Shown here piece by piece: positions 40,613 through 51,827 of a stretch of DNA of 64,000 bases; position 1 is the stretch's first letter, and each line of letters begins with the position of its first letter. Source of the stretch: an uncultured Spirochaetota bacterium (GTDB lineage: Bacteria > Spirochaetota > UBA4802 > UBA5550); NCBI GenBank assembly GCA_963827275.1, contig CAWHAA010000002.1, positions 64,001 through 128,000 of the forward strand, given 5' to 3'. The translations under genes and the position numbers were made by a program. The notes beneath the pieces are model-generated. The model did not search any database, was not told the origin of the DNA, and saw only the letters and a program-made list of their open reading frames with translations.

Positions 40613-43600
40613 GATGTGGAACCGCCTTCCATGAACGGTGCAAGCAATAATCCGAGCCGGTCCCGCACCTTGACATAGGCGTCAGCCGGCACGACGGGCT
40701 CCAGGAGCTGGAGGATGCTCATGGGCCGGTAATCGGGCCGGGCCTTCTCCGTGTCATCGTCGATCAGGCGGACGAGCCAATCGCGGTACCGCTCCATCTC
40801 AGCCTCATCGGGCCGGTCCTTCATTTCGCCGGACGGCGCAGACCGTGCCCCGGCTATGACCGACAGGGGCAGGAGGTCGAACGAGGGCGTGCCGATAAAA
40901 TCTGCAACCAGGCGGGAAAGGTACTGTTCCGCCTCCTGCGCCCGGCAGTGGTAGCGGTACGCGGTAATCCCCCCCTTATGCGACACGTGGATGGTAAAGG
41001 GGCCGGTGCCGATCAGGCCGGCAAGGTCCCTGTCGCGGCCTGAGACAGCGGCAATGTAAAAAAGGAACGGCAGTATGATATGGGTGATTGCGGGCCGGGC
41101 GCTGTTCGTGATGACCAGCGCCTCGGATACGCCCGTGTCCGGGTCCTTCCAGAGAAAGGGCGCTGTCCCGCTGAGCTCGACGAGACTGACGCCGGTGTCG
41201 TATGTATGATCGAAGCGCAGGCAGGGGAACGCAAGGTCCGGTTTTATCCTGGCCCGGTTGGCGCCAAAGGTAACGTTCCTGTACAGGGGGCGGTTTTTCC
41301 GGGATCCGATGAATTCAGAAAGTCCGCTGTCCGGCCCAAGCCGTTGCGTGATTACCGCCAGGTACGCATCATAGTCGATGTCCCGGTACGCACCGTCAGG
41401 GGTGATGCTCATACGCGCGGCGTGATCGTAATAATCGCGCAAGTAGCGGCGTATGTCAACATTTGCGCCGGAGCCGACATAGTATGACAGCACATCGGTG
41501 ATGAAGCGGTAATCATGCGGATAGGCGGTGAAGAACGGCTCCTCTTCCGGGATAGACCGGTCTTCATCGTCGCTTTCGTAGATCCCGAGGTGCCATCGGA
41601 GGGCTGATTCAACAGGATTGATCAGGAAATTGGCCAGGTCCCTCACGGTCAGCGTGGCGGTTTCTTCGCGGTCAATTGTTCCAGCGGCGGGGATAGTGAA
41701 ATCGGGGATTTTCTGTAAGATTATTTCTTTTATATCAGACGGGAGCGCATCGCCGCTGCCGGCGGTACGGGCAGCGTTCCTGAACAGGATAAGGAGGTCC
41801 GATTCCGAGTAGTTGACCGGGCGAAAGTCACTGTCCTCGCCGGATACGATGAAATCGGTACGGGGAGGCACGGCCTTGCCGGGAGATAGATATCGGTCAC
41901 TCGCTCCGGAAGGCGGCACCTCGGGAACGAGGAAGTCTCCCTGAATCACGTGTGCCGTGAGATAGGTGATGAGCTGCCCCACCACCGAATTCGGGTAGTA
42001 GTCCTTGTCCTTCTGGAGGTCCTTGCTGACATAGGTGATATAGATTTTCTCCCGTGCAGAGAGGAGGGTTTCAAGGAATAGATACCGGTTTGCATCAGGC
42101 CTGGTCACATCGCCGATCATGCGGGAGTGTCGCATGAGATTGAGGGTGGAGCTGTCAATCACTCCGGGGAATACCCCCTCCTGCATGCCCATCATGTAGA
42201 TTATTCTGAATGGCACCTGGCGCTTGGGCACCAGCGCGGAGATATTGATCCCGGTTGACAGGTAGCTCCCATGGGTGCTGGGGATGCCCGCCAGGGAATT
42301 CATGATGAATTCTGTTATAAACGCGAGTGAATACAGGGCCCCTGGCCCGGGCGCCGGGAGCGGGCCGGTGACGCCGAGTTTTTTCAGGTCTGCAAGAAGC
42401 TTCCGCCGCACCGCGTCCTCTTCCTGGCGGTCATCGGGTATGGCCAGAAAATCAGAGATGAGGCCTTCGATGATGCGCACCCACTCGTCGCCCCGCGCGG
42501 TGAGGAAACGCAGGTTCTCTGTGCGTGCATGGAGGAGCTCGATGACGCGGTTGAAGGTATCAATGCAGTGCTGGTCCGCGCTTTTCATGTCCGCATAGGG
42601 GACGATGTTTCTGAAATGCGGGAACGTTCCGTCATTGTCGCCCGCTCCGGAGGCGTCCATGATCCTCCCCAGGCGCATCCTCTGGAGCGCCTGCTGCCAG
42701 GTGTACGGATTGTGCTGCGGGTCGGGGTCATCGCTCCGGGCAAAGCCGTGGAACACCTGGAGCGCATCGGCCCAGGCAAGCCATGCGTCGGTATCTTCGT
42801 TGTCCAGGCTGTGGGCGGCGAGGAAGCACCGGTTGTATGCAAGTCCGAATATCTCCGACCGGGTGAATGAACCGGCGGCGATCGCGAGAATGGATCTGAT
42901 CCCTTTGCCGAAGAGGCTGTCGGTCGCGGCGGTCGCATCGATCATGCTGAATGAAAGGCGCCGCGGCTCACGGGAAAAGACCGAGAGCAGCGGCGGGCCG
43001 TAGGCCGCCATGTCGGGGACCATGATTGCGATGTCGGTCATTGCCAGGCCGGGATCGCGCTCAAGGTTGCCGAGAATACTGTTGTATACCGCTTCCGCCT
43101 CACGGAATATCTCCGGGCAGGATGCGATCTGGATCGAGGTGTCCTGCTGCAGCCGGTGTCCCGACGGGGTCCGCGTGGTCCTCCGGAGTATCTGCTCACG
43201 CACCGCACCGAGACAGGTGTCATGGGGAGCGTGCTGCCCGGGCTCGAGCCAATCCGACTGAAAATTCATCTCCGCGCTGCCGGCCTCTTCAAGAAGGCTC
43301 AGCAATTTGATCGTCTCCCTTCCCGTTTTGCCCCACAGCTTGAGGAGGGGGTTCTCGTTTTCATCATAGGAAAGCCGCTCCCCATTGTCGTTTTCCTCGA
43401 TACGTATGGAGCGGATACGGCGCCAGCGGTCTTCCCGGGGGGTTGTGACATCCTCCCAGAATTCAGAGCAGGGGTTGACCTGGTAGAGGGAGATGTCCAT
43501 GCGCTTGCCGAGCTCGTACAGCATCCTGGCGTGGAAGGGTGAAAGCTGGGACTTGGCGAACAGGTAGAGCGTTCCCGGTAGTGGCGCTCCAGGCAGTGAC

Positions 43601-44205
43601 GATACGCGGTCCCAGTACTGGGGGAGGGTGAGCAGGTCTTTGTTGATGGCATCGCGGCATCCGCCCTCGCCGAATACGGCGCGATACAGGTGCTGCTGCG
43701 CGGCTTCCATGCCGGTATCGTACCGGCATGTTCCCTGTATCCAGCTCCTGACCATGTTCTCCCGGTACAGCTCGTATTCAATGAAATACCGTGACAGCCG
43801 CGACGACAGCTGCCATATCCTCCGGTCGTAGCCGGTTTTCCTGTCGCCTTCAGGCGTAAAAAGATATTCTGTTACCGGGCGCAGGGTCCTGTTGCCGGGA
43901 TCGAGTGTGCCAACGACATGGTGAAGCATCAGCTGGAGGTCCATCTGGTCCATCATGGCCGGTTTTGCCGTTCCACCGCTTATAGCATCCGCCATCTTCC
44001 ACAGGCCGTCATGTAAAAACATGAAATCAATGTTCATCGCGATGCCGCACTGGCCGGCAATGCGCAGCTGGAGCCATTTCTGCAGATAGGGGTTCGGTAC
44101 TATTACCGCGCAGGGGGTGAACCAATCTGCGCGGCCGGTTATTTCCCGGGCGAATGACGCCGCGAGCGTTTCAATATCGTTGCTGAAATGGAGGCGCGTG
44201 GGCAT
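40609..44205 (-). CDS. recC: Exodeoxyribonuclease V gamma subunit
   Basis: SNDIETL, NPCSEFW, NPLLKLWG, DIAIMVPD, YLFLETLLSAREK. Stop overlaps the recB start. Confidence 0.9.
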   Translation of the reverse strand: MPTRLHFSNDIETLAASFAREITGRADWFTPCAVIVPNPYLQKWLQLRIAGQCGIAMNIDFMFLHDGLWKMADAISGGTAKPAMMDQMDLQLMLHHVVGTLDPGNRTLRPVTEYLFTPEGDRKTGYDRRIWQLSSRLSRYFIEYELYRENMVRSWIQGTCRYDTGMEAAQQHLYRAVFGEGGCRDAINKDLLTLPQYWDRVSSLPGAPLPGTLYLFAKSQLSPFHARMLYELGKRMDISLYQVNPCSEFWEDVTTPREDRWRRIRSIRIEENDNGERLSYDENENPLLKLWGKTGRETIKLLSLLEEAGSAEMNFQSDWLEPGQHAPHDTCLGAVREQILRRTTRTPSGHRLQQDTSIQIASCPEIFREAEAVYNSILGNLERDPGLAMTDIAIMVPDMAAYGPPLLSVFSREPRRLSFSMIDATAATDSLFGKGIRSILAIAAGSFTRSEIFGLAYNRCFLAAHSLDNEDTDAWLAWADALQVFHGFARSDDPDPQHNPYTWQQALQRMRLGRIMDASGAGDNDGTFPHFRNIVPYADMKSADQHCIDTFNRVIELLHARTENLRFLTARGDEWVRIIEGLISDFLAIPDDRQEEDAVRRKLLADLKKLGVTGPLPAPGPGALYSLAFITEFIMNSLAGIPSTHGSYLSTGINISALVPKRQVPFRIIYMMGMQEGVFPGVIDSSTLNLMRHSRMIGDVTRPDANRYLFLETLLSAREKIYITYVSKDLQKDKDYYPNSVVGQLITYLTAHVIQGDFLVPEVPPSGASDRYLSPGKAVPPRTDFIVSGEDSDFRPVNYSESDLLILFRNAARTAGSGDALPSDIKEIILQKIPDFTIPAAGTIDREETATLTVRDLANFLINPVESALRWHLGIYESDDEDRSIPEEEPFFTAYPHDYRFITDVLSYYVGSGANVDIRRYLRDYYDHAARMSITPDGAYRDIDYDAYLAVITQRLGPDSGLSEFIGSRKNRPLYRNVTFGANRARIKPDLAFPCLRFDHTYDTGVSLVELSGTAPFLWKDPDTGVSEALVITNSARPAITHIILPFLFYIAAVSGRDRDLAGLIGTGPFTIHVSHKGGITAYRYHCRAQEAEQYLSRLVADFIGTPSFDLLPLSVIAGARSAPSGEMKDRPDEAEMERYRDWLVRLIDDDTEKARPDYRPMSILQLLEPVVPADAYVKVRDRLGLLLAPFMEGGSTS

Positions 44206-44226
44206 GGTGAACTGTGCGACCCTCAG

Positions 44227-45060
44227 TTATTCCACCCGTTCCCTGCGGGGCAGGATGGCGTCAGGGTCGATTTCACCGACATTCTTGAAAATATAATCCG
44301 GCTGGTACGGGAAGCGCCTGGCCGTCTCCTTCGTGGTGATGCCCGAGAGCACGAGGCAGGTGGTCATGCCCGATTCGATCCCGGCGATGATGTCGGTGTC
44401 CATGCGGTCACCGACCATGAAGCAGCTCGCCGAGTGCACACCGAGCTTTTTCCGCGCCCAGTACATCATCGCGGGGTTCGGCTTGCCGAGAAAGTAGGGA
44501 GCGACGCCGGTCACTTTTTCAACCGGCGCGACCAGCGCTCCGCAGGCCGGCACCGGACCGCGCTCCGTGGGGCCGGTGATGTCCGGGTTCGTGGCAATGA
44601 ATTTGGCCCCCTCCTGTATCAGCAGGGTCGCTTCAATTATTTTAGCGTAATCATATTTTTCAGTCTCGCCCATGATGACATAGTCAGGGTTTTCCCTGGT
44701 GATGGTGATATTGGCTTTTTCGAGTTCATCCAGAAGACCCTTGCCTCCGATCACATACGCCGAGCATTTCGGTTTTTGATAAATGAGAAAGGCCGCAACC
44801 GCCATGGCCGAAGTGTAAAAATGATCATCGCCAACGTCAATGCCGAGGCTGCAGAGATTCCGGTTAAGCTGATGCGGCGTGTAATAGGAGTTGTTGGTGA
44901 GAAAAAGGAACTTGTGGTTGCCCCCGACCAGACGTTCGACAAAATGCTGCGCTCCCGGAATAAGGGACGTTCCCCTGTTGATAACGCCGTCCATATCAAC
45001 AAGAAACGCCTTATCGTAGCTCCTGTTTTCAGTCGCGTTGATAGAGTGAGAATGTGTCAT
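44227..45060 (-). CDS. nagD: HAD-IIA family hydrolase, NagD-like nucleotidase
   Basis: DMDGV, LTNNS, ATNPD, GKPN, GDRMDTDI. Confidence 0.85.
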   Translation of the reverse strand: MTHSHSINATENRSYDKAFLVDMDGVINRGTSLIPGAQHFVERLVGGNHKFLFLTNNSYYTPHQLNRNLCSLGIDVGDDHFYTSAMAVAAFLIYQKPKCSAYVIGGKGLLDELEKANITITRENPDYVIMGETEKYDYAKIIEATLLIQEGAKFIATNPDITGPTERGPVPACGALVAPVEKVTGVAPYFLGKPNPAMMYWARKKLGVHSASCFMVGDRMDTDIIAGIESGMTTCLVLSGITTKETARRFPYQPDYIFKNVGEIDPDAILPRRERVE

Positions 45061-45072
45061 CAGCGAACGCCT

Positions 45073-46674
45073 TTATAATTCATCGACGATCGATTTCATC
45101 GTCTCTCTTGCATCCTGAATATCTTCCTGGAGCTTGCGGAGCTTCCCCGCCTGTTTCGTATTCTTTATTTTTGAGTATTTTTCAATCAATGTCTTCATGG
45201 TGGCGGAGAGCGCGTCGATGTCCCTGTCAAGGTCGGGTTCCGGCTCGGCCGCGCGGTAGGCTGCCATCTCGCTCTTCATGGTACCAAGGTCGACGACTTC
45301 TCCCCATTCGGGGACGTATGCGGACACCCCCAGGGATGAATGAAGGGTTTCGGCGAATGTTTTTGCCGTTTCCTCCTCGCCGTGCACCACGAAGACCCTG
45401 AGCTTTGGATTTTTTATGTTGCTGACCCACGCCAGCAGCCCGTCACGGTCGGCATGGGCTGAGAACCCGCCGAGGGTATGGATCCTGGCCCTGACGGCAA
45501 CATCGGAGCCGTACACGCGCACCTGCTTTGCGCCGTCCACCAGGCGGCGTCCCAGCGTGCCTTCAGCCTGGAAGCCGACGAACACGATGCTCGATTCCGG
45601 GCGGTAGAGATTGTATTTCAGGTGGTGCTTGATCCTTCCCGCGGTGCACATGCCGCTGGCGGATATGATGATGGCCCCCCTGGCCTCGGTGTTGAGCCAC
45701 TTCGATTCCTCCGTCGACCTGGTGTAATGGAGGCCGGGGAACTCCAGCGGGCTGTCTCCGGAGAGGATACGTTTTTTCATTTCTTCATCGAAGAGGTCCT
45801 TGTTCTTCTTGAATATCTCGGTCGCCGAGATTGCCAGCGGCGAATCGATATATATCGGCATCAACGGGACCTCTTTTGATTTGTACAACTTCGAAAGGGT
45901 ATAGAGTATCTCCTGGGTCCGCTCTATGGCGAAGGCCGGTATCACGATATTACCCTTGCTGTTGTATGACTCGTTGATGATAGTTTTGAATTCAGCATAG
46001 GTGTTTTCCTTGCTCTTGTGCAGCCGGTCGCCGTAGGTTGATTCCATCAATAAAAAGTCAGCGTCTTCTACAATATCAGGGTCGCAGATGATGGCCTGGT
46101 CTTTGGGACCGATGTCGCCGGAAAACACTATTTTCGTCTTGCTGTTCCCCTGGTCAACCCACATCTCGATGAAGGCCGAGCCGAGTATGTGGCCCGCGTC
46201 CCTGAACCGGACCTCGACGCGGGGGTGGATCTGTATGATCTCGTCATATGCGACCGGGACAAAATTTTTAAGGCACGCGGTGGCGTCCTCCATGGTATAG
46301 AGCGGCGCAACCGGCGCGCGGCCCAGCTTCAGGTTTTTTTTATTCACGAACGCGGTATCCATCTCCTGGATGTGGGCGCTGTCGGGGAGCATGATTTCGC
46401 ACAGGTCCGCCGTGGCCTTGGTCGTGTAGATGTTCCCGTAGAAGCCGTTTTTCACGAGTTTCGGGACAAGGCCGCTGTGATCGATATGGGCGTGGGTCAG
46501 GAGCAGCGCGTCGATTTTTTTCGGCGCGTATTTCTGGTGGCTGAAATTCCTGTCACGTATCTGGGTCGTGCCCTGGAACATGCCGCAATCGACCATGATG
46601 GAAAAATCTGCGTCACTGACAAGAAATGACGAACCGGTAACTGTTTTCGCTGCGCCGAGAAATTCAATCTTCAT
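45073..46674 (-). CDS. MBL-fold beta-CASP ribonuclease (YSH1/Bh0794-like) with C-terminal coiled coil
   Basis: GAAKTVTGS, LTHAHIDHSG, AGHILGSA, ESTYG, FSAHAD, VHGE. Confidence 0.9.
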   Translation of the reverse strand: MKIEFLGAAKTVTGSSFLVSDADFSIMVDCGMFQGTTQIRDRNFSHQKYAPKKIDALLLTHAHIDHSGLVPKLVKNGFYGNIYTTKATADLCEIMLPDSAHIQEMDTAFVNKKNLKLGRAPVAPLYTMEDATACLKNFVPVAYDEIIQIHPRVEVRFRDAGHILGSAFIEMWVDQGNSKTKIVFSGDIGPKDQAIICDPDIVEDADFLLMESTYGDRLHKSKENTYAEFKTIINESYNSKGNIVIPAFAIERTQEILYTLSKLYKSKEVPLMPIYIDSPLAISATEIFKKNKDLFDEEMKKRILSGDSPLEFPGLHYTRSTEESKWLNTEARGAIIISASGMCTAGRIKHHLKYNLYRPESSIVFVGFQAEGTLGRRLVDGAKQVRVYGSDVAVRARIHTLGGFSAHADRDGLLAWVSNIKNPKLRVFVVHGEEETAKTFAETLHSSLGVSAYVPEWGEVVDLGTMKSEMAAYRAAEPEPDLDRDIDALSATMKTLIEKYSKIKNTKQAGKLRKLQEDIQDARETMKSIVDEL

Positions 46675-46840
46675 CGTTCACTCCGCTCTTCGGAAATACG
46701 GCCCATCGCGAGCCGTCACATAGCAACCGGACACAGTCTCCTACTATTATTAAATTATTCAAGCAATATGATTTTTTTTCAATAATTTTCCAGGATGACG
46801 CTTAAAAAGGGGGAATTACAGGGGAGTTTGAAAGAAAAAA

Positions 46841-47311
46841 TTATGAACGGGCGGATTGGCTCAGGGAGTGGCAGAGCGCCAGTGCCAGCGCATCGGCAGC
46901 ATCGTCAGGCGAGGGGAGCTCGCTCATTGAGAATATTGATTTTATCATGAATTTCATCTGTTCCTTGCCCGCGCGCCCGTACCCCGTTACGGCCTGCTTG
47001 ACCTGTGAGGGGGTGTATTCGCAGTAACTGAGATCATTGAGTTTCAGGGTGAGGATAATGGCGCCGATGGTCCGGGCGACATCGATGCCGCTGGTGAGGT
47101 TCTTCGTATAAAAAAATTTTTCTACGGCCGCGCATGAGGGCTTGTGGAGCGTTATAATGCCCGTAACCCTGGTGTGGATTTCGAGCAGCCGCTCGTCGAT
47201 CTTCAATTTGGAGCATGTTTCAATAACGCCGTAATCTATCAGCTTCTGCCTGCTGTCAACCACGGCCCATCCCAGTCTGCCATACCCGGGATCGATGCCG
47301 AGTATTTTCAC
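46841..47311 (-). CDS. ruvC: Holliday junction resolvase RuvC
   Basis: ILGIDPG, YTPSQVKQAVTGYG, DDAADALA. Confidence 0.95.
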   Translation of the reverse strand: MKILGIDPGYGRLGWAVVDSRQKLIDYGVIETCSKLKIDERLLEIHTRVTGIITLHKPSCAAVEKFFYTKNLTSGIDVARTIGAIILTLKLNDLSYCEYTPSQVKQAVTGYGRAGKEQMKFMIKSIFSMSELPSPDDAADALALALCHSLSQSARS

Positions 47312-48063
47312 TGGGCCTCGCTGATCTTCAGCATGATGTCATCGGAAATGTCGTAGTTCGAATACACGTTCTGAACGTCATCGAGGTCTTCAAGTACTTC
47401 AATCAGTTTCATGCACTGGGCCCCCTTCTTTTCATCGAGTGATACGGAGGTCTGAGGGATGAATGATATCTCGTCCTCTACCAGCTTAAAGCCCTTGTTT
47501 ATCAGGACGTCGTGGACCTCATTGTATCCGTCTGGCGGGGTCAGGACCACGATAGTGCCGTCTTCTGTTTTAATGTCTTCTATGTTGTATTCCATGAGCA
47601 GCTCCATCACCGCGTCTTCGGTGGTCTGGCCCGCATCGATCACCATCATTCCCTTGCGGTCAAACAGGTATCCCACGCAGCCGGTTTCGCCAAGGTTGCC
47701 GTTGTGCTTGGTGAAGGCGGCCCTGACCTCGGCGGTGGTGCGGTTCCGGTTGTCGGTGAGGCAGCTCACCATGATGGCGACGCCGCCCGGGCCGTATCCT
47801 TCATACTGGATCTCTTCGTATGTTACCCCTTCAAGGGTACCTGTCCCCTTCTTAATCGCGCGTTCAATATTGTCATTCGGCATATTGTTCGCTTTTGCCT
47901 TGGAGATGGCGGTACGCAGCCTGGGGTTCGCATTGATGTCATCACCGCCGTTGCGTGCGGCAACGGTTATCTCGCGGATAATTTTCGTGAAAATCGCCCC
48001 CCGCTTTGCGTCAAGGGAGCCTTTTTTCCTTTTGATGGTTGCCCATTTTGAATGACCGGACAT
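47308..48063 (-). CDS. yebC: YebC/PmpR family protein
   Basis: MSGHSKWATIKRKK, YEGYGPGGVA, TDNRNRT, DDVQNVYSN. Confidence 0.96.
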   Translation of the reverse strand: MSGHSKWATIKRKKGSLDAKRGAIFTKIIREITVAARNGGDDINANPRLRTAISKAKANNMPNDNIERAIKKGTGTLEGVTYEEIQYEGYGPGGVAIMVSCLTDNRNRTTAEVRAAFTKHNGNLGETGCVGYLFDRKGMMVIDAGQTTEDAVMELLMEYNIEDIKTEDGTIVVLTPPDGYNEVHDVLINKGFKLVEDEISFIPQTSVSLDEKKGAQCMKLIEVLEDLDDVQNVYSNYDISDDIMLKISEAQ

Positions 48064-48167
48064 TGAGATACCTCTTTTTCGATGGTTGATCTTGAATTAC
48101 AGGATAATAAATTATAGAGGGATATGCATACAATAATGTATTGTCAAAAAATGATATTGGCAACCAT

Positions 48168-49511
48168 TTAATAGCCGCGTTTAATTTTCAACTCTAAATT
48201 AATTATTTTTTTTCGTGCCTGGTTGGCATTGTAATCAAAGGCTATTGCGTCCCGGTAATACTTGATCGCGTCATTCAGCTTTTCCATCCGTTCCAGCGAA
48301 TAGGCGATGTTCCAGCGTACTTTCCCGGCGTTGAGCTTGTTGTATTCGTTTTCAATCTGGCCGAGTTCCATTTCGAGCGTTCCCTTCTTATCCATGAGGT
48401 TCTCATATTCTTCGTACTGCTCGAAGTTTTCATTCCGCAGAAGGTTTGATTTCAGGTCCCTGGTCTGCAGGCTTATATCGGCGATCTCGGACCGCTTTTT
48501 TTTAACGGATTCGGCAATGGCGTCCTGGTACTTGATGGTTTCGGAATAGAACCGCACCGCGTTCTCGAATTCAAGCTCCTGCAGGGAGATGTCCGCCTTG
48601 TACTCGTAGGTCTTTGATATTTTCACTATCTCATTTTGCGGCAGGAGCGCCAGTGCCCGGTCCAGCGACCTGAGTGCAAGGGGGTGGTTCCCGGTGCGGT
48701 AGTACGCGATATGGCCGAGCGCGAACTGGATATGCCCGTCATCCGGTTTTTTTTCAAGATACCGGATGTAATATTTTTCGGTCTCGAGATACTTGCCTAT
48801 GTCCTCGTACAGGTTGCCGAGCATGAGGTTCAGTTCTGGCGCAACAGGCCCGTCCGCACCGTTGATGTACCGTTCCAGGTGGTAGATGGCCCGCTTCTTC
48901 ATGCCGGTGCGATACAGGGCCCGGCCCAGCTCGAGTGAATAGGAATAATTGTCCATGTTCAGCGAGCCTGCGGTTTCAAGATAGGTTATGTAGGCCTCGA
49001 AATAGTTCCCTTTTTTGAAGACCTGAGATATCTCATAGTAAATGATATCGTCCTTCTTTTCCTCAATTTTTTTATAGCGGAGCGACTGGATATAATGGTT
49101 CAGCGAATAATCATAATTTGATGTCTTGTAGTAGGTCAGCGAAGGGTTCTCATTCGATAATTTGAAATAGCAGCGCGCTGCGTGGAGGTGAAGAGAAGAG
49201 ACGGCGGGGTTTTCTTCGATAAAGAAGGGCTCCGCCTTCCGGTTTCTGAACAGCATCTTCAGATCGACCTCGCGCGCGGCGTCCTTCATGGTGATAAAGC
49301 CGGTCGGGATTCGCTTGTCTTCCACGCGGGTGATGTAAAATTCTTCCAGCCTCTTGTTGATCATGTCGAGGGCTTTCGCGTAATTGCCGCTGTTGTAGTG
49401 ATCAATGTATTCTTCGGAACCGGACTGTTGCGGTGCGGCCGGAGCGGCAATGAGAATGATAAGCAACAGAATGCCAGTAGACCAGCGGGATGTGCAATTT
49501 TGAATCTTCAT
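48168..49511 (-). CDS. Exported tetratricopeptide repeat protein
   Basis: Signal-like N-terminus; several TPR-like helical repeats and a coiled coil. Confidence 0.75.
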   Translation of the reverse strand: MKIQNCTSRWSTGILLLIILIAAPAAPQQSGSEEYIDHYNSGNYAKALDMINKRLEEFYITRVEDKRIPTGFITMKDAAREVDLKMLFRNRKAEPFFIEENPAVSSLHLHAARCYFKLSNENPSLTYYKTSNYDYSLNHYIQSLRYKKIEEKKDDIIYYEISQVFKKGNYFEAYITYLETAGSLNMDNYSYSLELGRALYRTGMKKRAIYHLERYINGADGPVAPELNLMLGNLYEDIGKYLETEKYYIRYLEKKPDDGHIQFALGHIAYYRTGNHPLALRSLDRALALLPQNEIVKISKTYEYKADISLQELEFENAVRFYSETIKYQDAIAESVKKKRSEIADISLQTRDLKSNLLRNENFEQYEEYENLMDKKGTLEMELGQIENEYNKLNAGKVRWNIAYSLERMEKLNDAIKYYRDAIAFDYNANQARKKIINLELKIKRGY

Positions 49512-49609
49512 GGTTGATAACGGGGCACAGGTAGTACCATGGGTATTATATCGGCGTTTTTACCCCGATTTAGTAGCCTTTTTTATCCACGGGTATGGCG
49601 CTACCCGGG

Positions 49610-51827
49610 TCAGCTGATCCTGAGGATGATCATTGTTATATCGTCATGCTGGGGCAGCGTCCCGGTAAAGGACTCGATATCCTTCACGACCGCCTGCACC
49701 ATGTCCGCCGGGCGTTTCCCCGCGCTTGCGAGCAGGCATGTCTGGAAACGGCCGAGACCGTATTCATCCCGTTCCGCGTTCATCGCTTCGTCAACGCCAT
49801 CAGTGTACTGCACGAGATAGTCGCCCTTCTGAAGCTGGATCACCTTCACGTCCGTAAGCCTGGAGAACATGTCGCCCGGCGCCACGCCCAGCGCGATGCC
49901 GCCCGAGGGCAACTGGCGTATGGTACCGTCGCGGATAAGAAGGGGCTGGCAGTGGCCTGCGCTGGAATAGGTAAGCTTCAATGAATCGAGGGCAAGTATG
50001 CCGTAGAACATGGTGACGAAATAGTTGCTCGCCGTATTTTTTTTGAGATATTCGTTAATGGCCTCAAGTATTTTTTTCGTGCTGTTCGTTTTCGTGCAGT
50101 AGGTGTGGAGGAGGGTCCTCGTCATTGCCATGACGAGCCCGGAGCCGACGCCGTGACCGGAGACGTCAGCGATGGTGATGCCGAGCCGGCCCCCGCCAAG
50201 GTCGATGCAGTCATAGTAATCGCCGCCTGATTCTGTCTGGGCCGAATAATAGGCGCCGAACTCTATCCCCTTGATGTCGGGAAATGCTGCCGGCAGCAGG
50301 GCGGTCTGTATCTGCTGGGCGGTCAAAAGTTCCCTCTCCATCCTGATCTTGTCGATCTTCATCGCTTCCGCTTTTTTCAGGTTGGCGGTCATAACGTTGA
50401 ATATATCGGCCAGTCTGCCGATCTCGTCAGATCCGGCAATTGCTATCTTTTTTTCAAGGTTGCCCTTCCCGATTTCCACCGCGGCGTCAGCCAGCCTGGT
50501 GATCGACCTGATGATGAATGTCGGGAAGAGGAGGGCCAGGAAAATCGCCCTGATCAGTATCGAGACCATGATATTGATGATCTCGTTCTGGCTCCTGGTC
50601 ACTTCCGGAAAATAGTGCGCCCGGTTGAGGAACAGGCCCAGAATGCCGTCAAGGTCGTTCCTGAACGAGATGCGGGCAAGATCATCAAGCGGCAGCGCCG
50701 CCATGAGGGGCACCCTGCGTTTCTCCAGATATACGTAGCATTCCTGCCACGGATGCGCTCCCTCTTTCTTTGCCGGGGGGGATATTCCGTATTTTTTCCG
50801 GACTAGATCCCATAGCTCCTGAACGCGGCGCATGCGTATCGCTCCGTTCTCTGACCCGCTGTCGATCATCGAGTCAAAAGCGGCGCATGCCCTCTCCCTG
50901 TCCGATGACGGCAGCCTGCTGCCGCCGGACCTGGCCATGAGAAAGTTGAACAGTACCTGCCGGTACCGGCCGGCATCGACACCGACGAGATAGTCCACCT
51001 CCGCTCCCTGCAGTATGATCCTGCGTGTAAACAAAAGAGGAAGCTCTTTTTTCCTCTGCAGGTACTTCTGCAGCGTTGATTGCGACAGTGATTGGTTTTT
51101 GAACTCATTGTATTCATCGTACAGCGATGCGTTCCCGCGCAGGATCGGCATCCCCACGATCACATAATCCGGCTTGTTTTCAAACAGGTATCTGAATTCC
51201 TGGCGCACGTCTGAGGGAGACGCAAAACCGAGATAGGTGCCGGTATCGACGCGCTTCATGTAATGGTCGACGATTGTCGGCTCGAGCAGGGGATCATTCA
51301 TCCCGTTCTTTTGAAAAAACGGCTCGCCCGTCAGACGGTTGAAATACAGGTAGAGGGAGCGGTCTGTCCGCTGCCAGGACGGCACCAGCGCCGCCCTGGT
51401 TGGTATCAACCATGAAGGCGATGTCGAGCATCCTGTCCTTCGGATTTGCCTTCGACGTTTCCTTCCCGACCACTGAAGAGAAATAATGCGATATTTTTTT
51501 CATGGCATCAGCCTGCTGCTGCGACAGGAGGGTCCTGGCGCCCTTTGTCAGGGGTGCTCCCCCGGTGGCAAGAAGGGCATGCCTGCAGACAAGATACGTC
51601 TTTGCCTGGTCGGATATCCCGTCCAGAATGGTGGATCCGTTGCGCTGCATCGCATCGCGTATCTTTTTTTCATGCTGGTTGAGCAGGGCGGAGACGATGA
51701 GGACAGAGGAAAACACCACGGCAAGAATGATGATGAGCGAGAATTTAAAGCGTATGCCGAATAGTATTTTTCGTATTTTCAATGTCTGTGCGGCCATGGC
51801 ACGTTCCAGGATCCCCGCGGGGATCAA
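49610..51827 (-). pseudogene. Membrane HAMP + PP2C/SpoIIE phosphatase, split by a frameshift near 51380-51400
   Basis: 5' part (51294-51827) has TM1 and the start of the sensor domain; 3' part (49610-51409) has TM2, HAMP (DEIGRLA), GGDYYD, ADVSGHG, YTDG, DDIT. The frames overlap and differ by one base. Could be a sequencing error. Confidence 0.65.
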
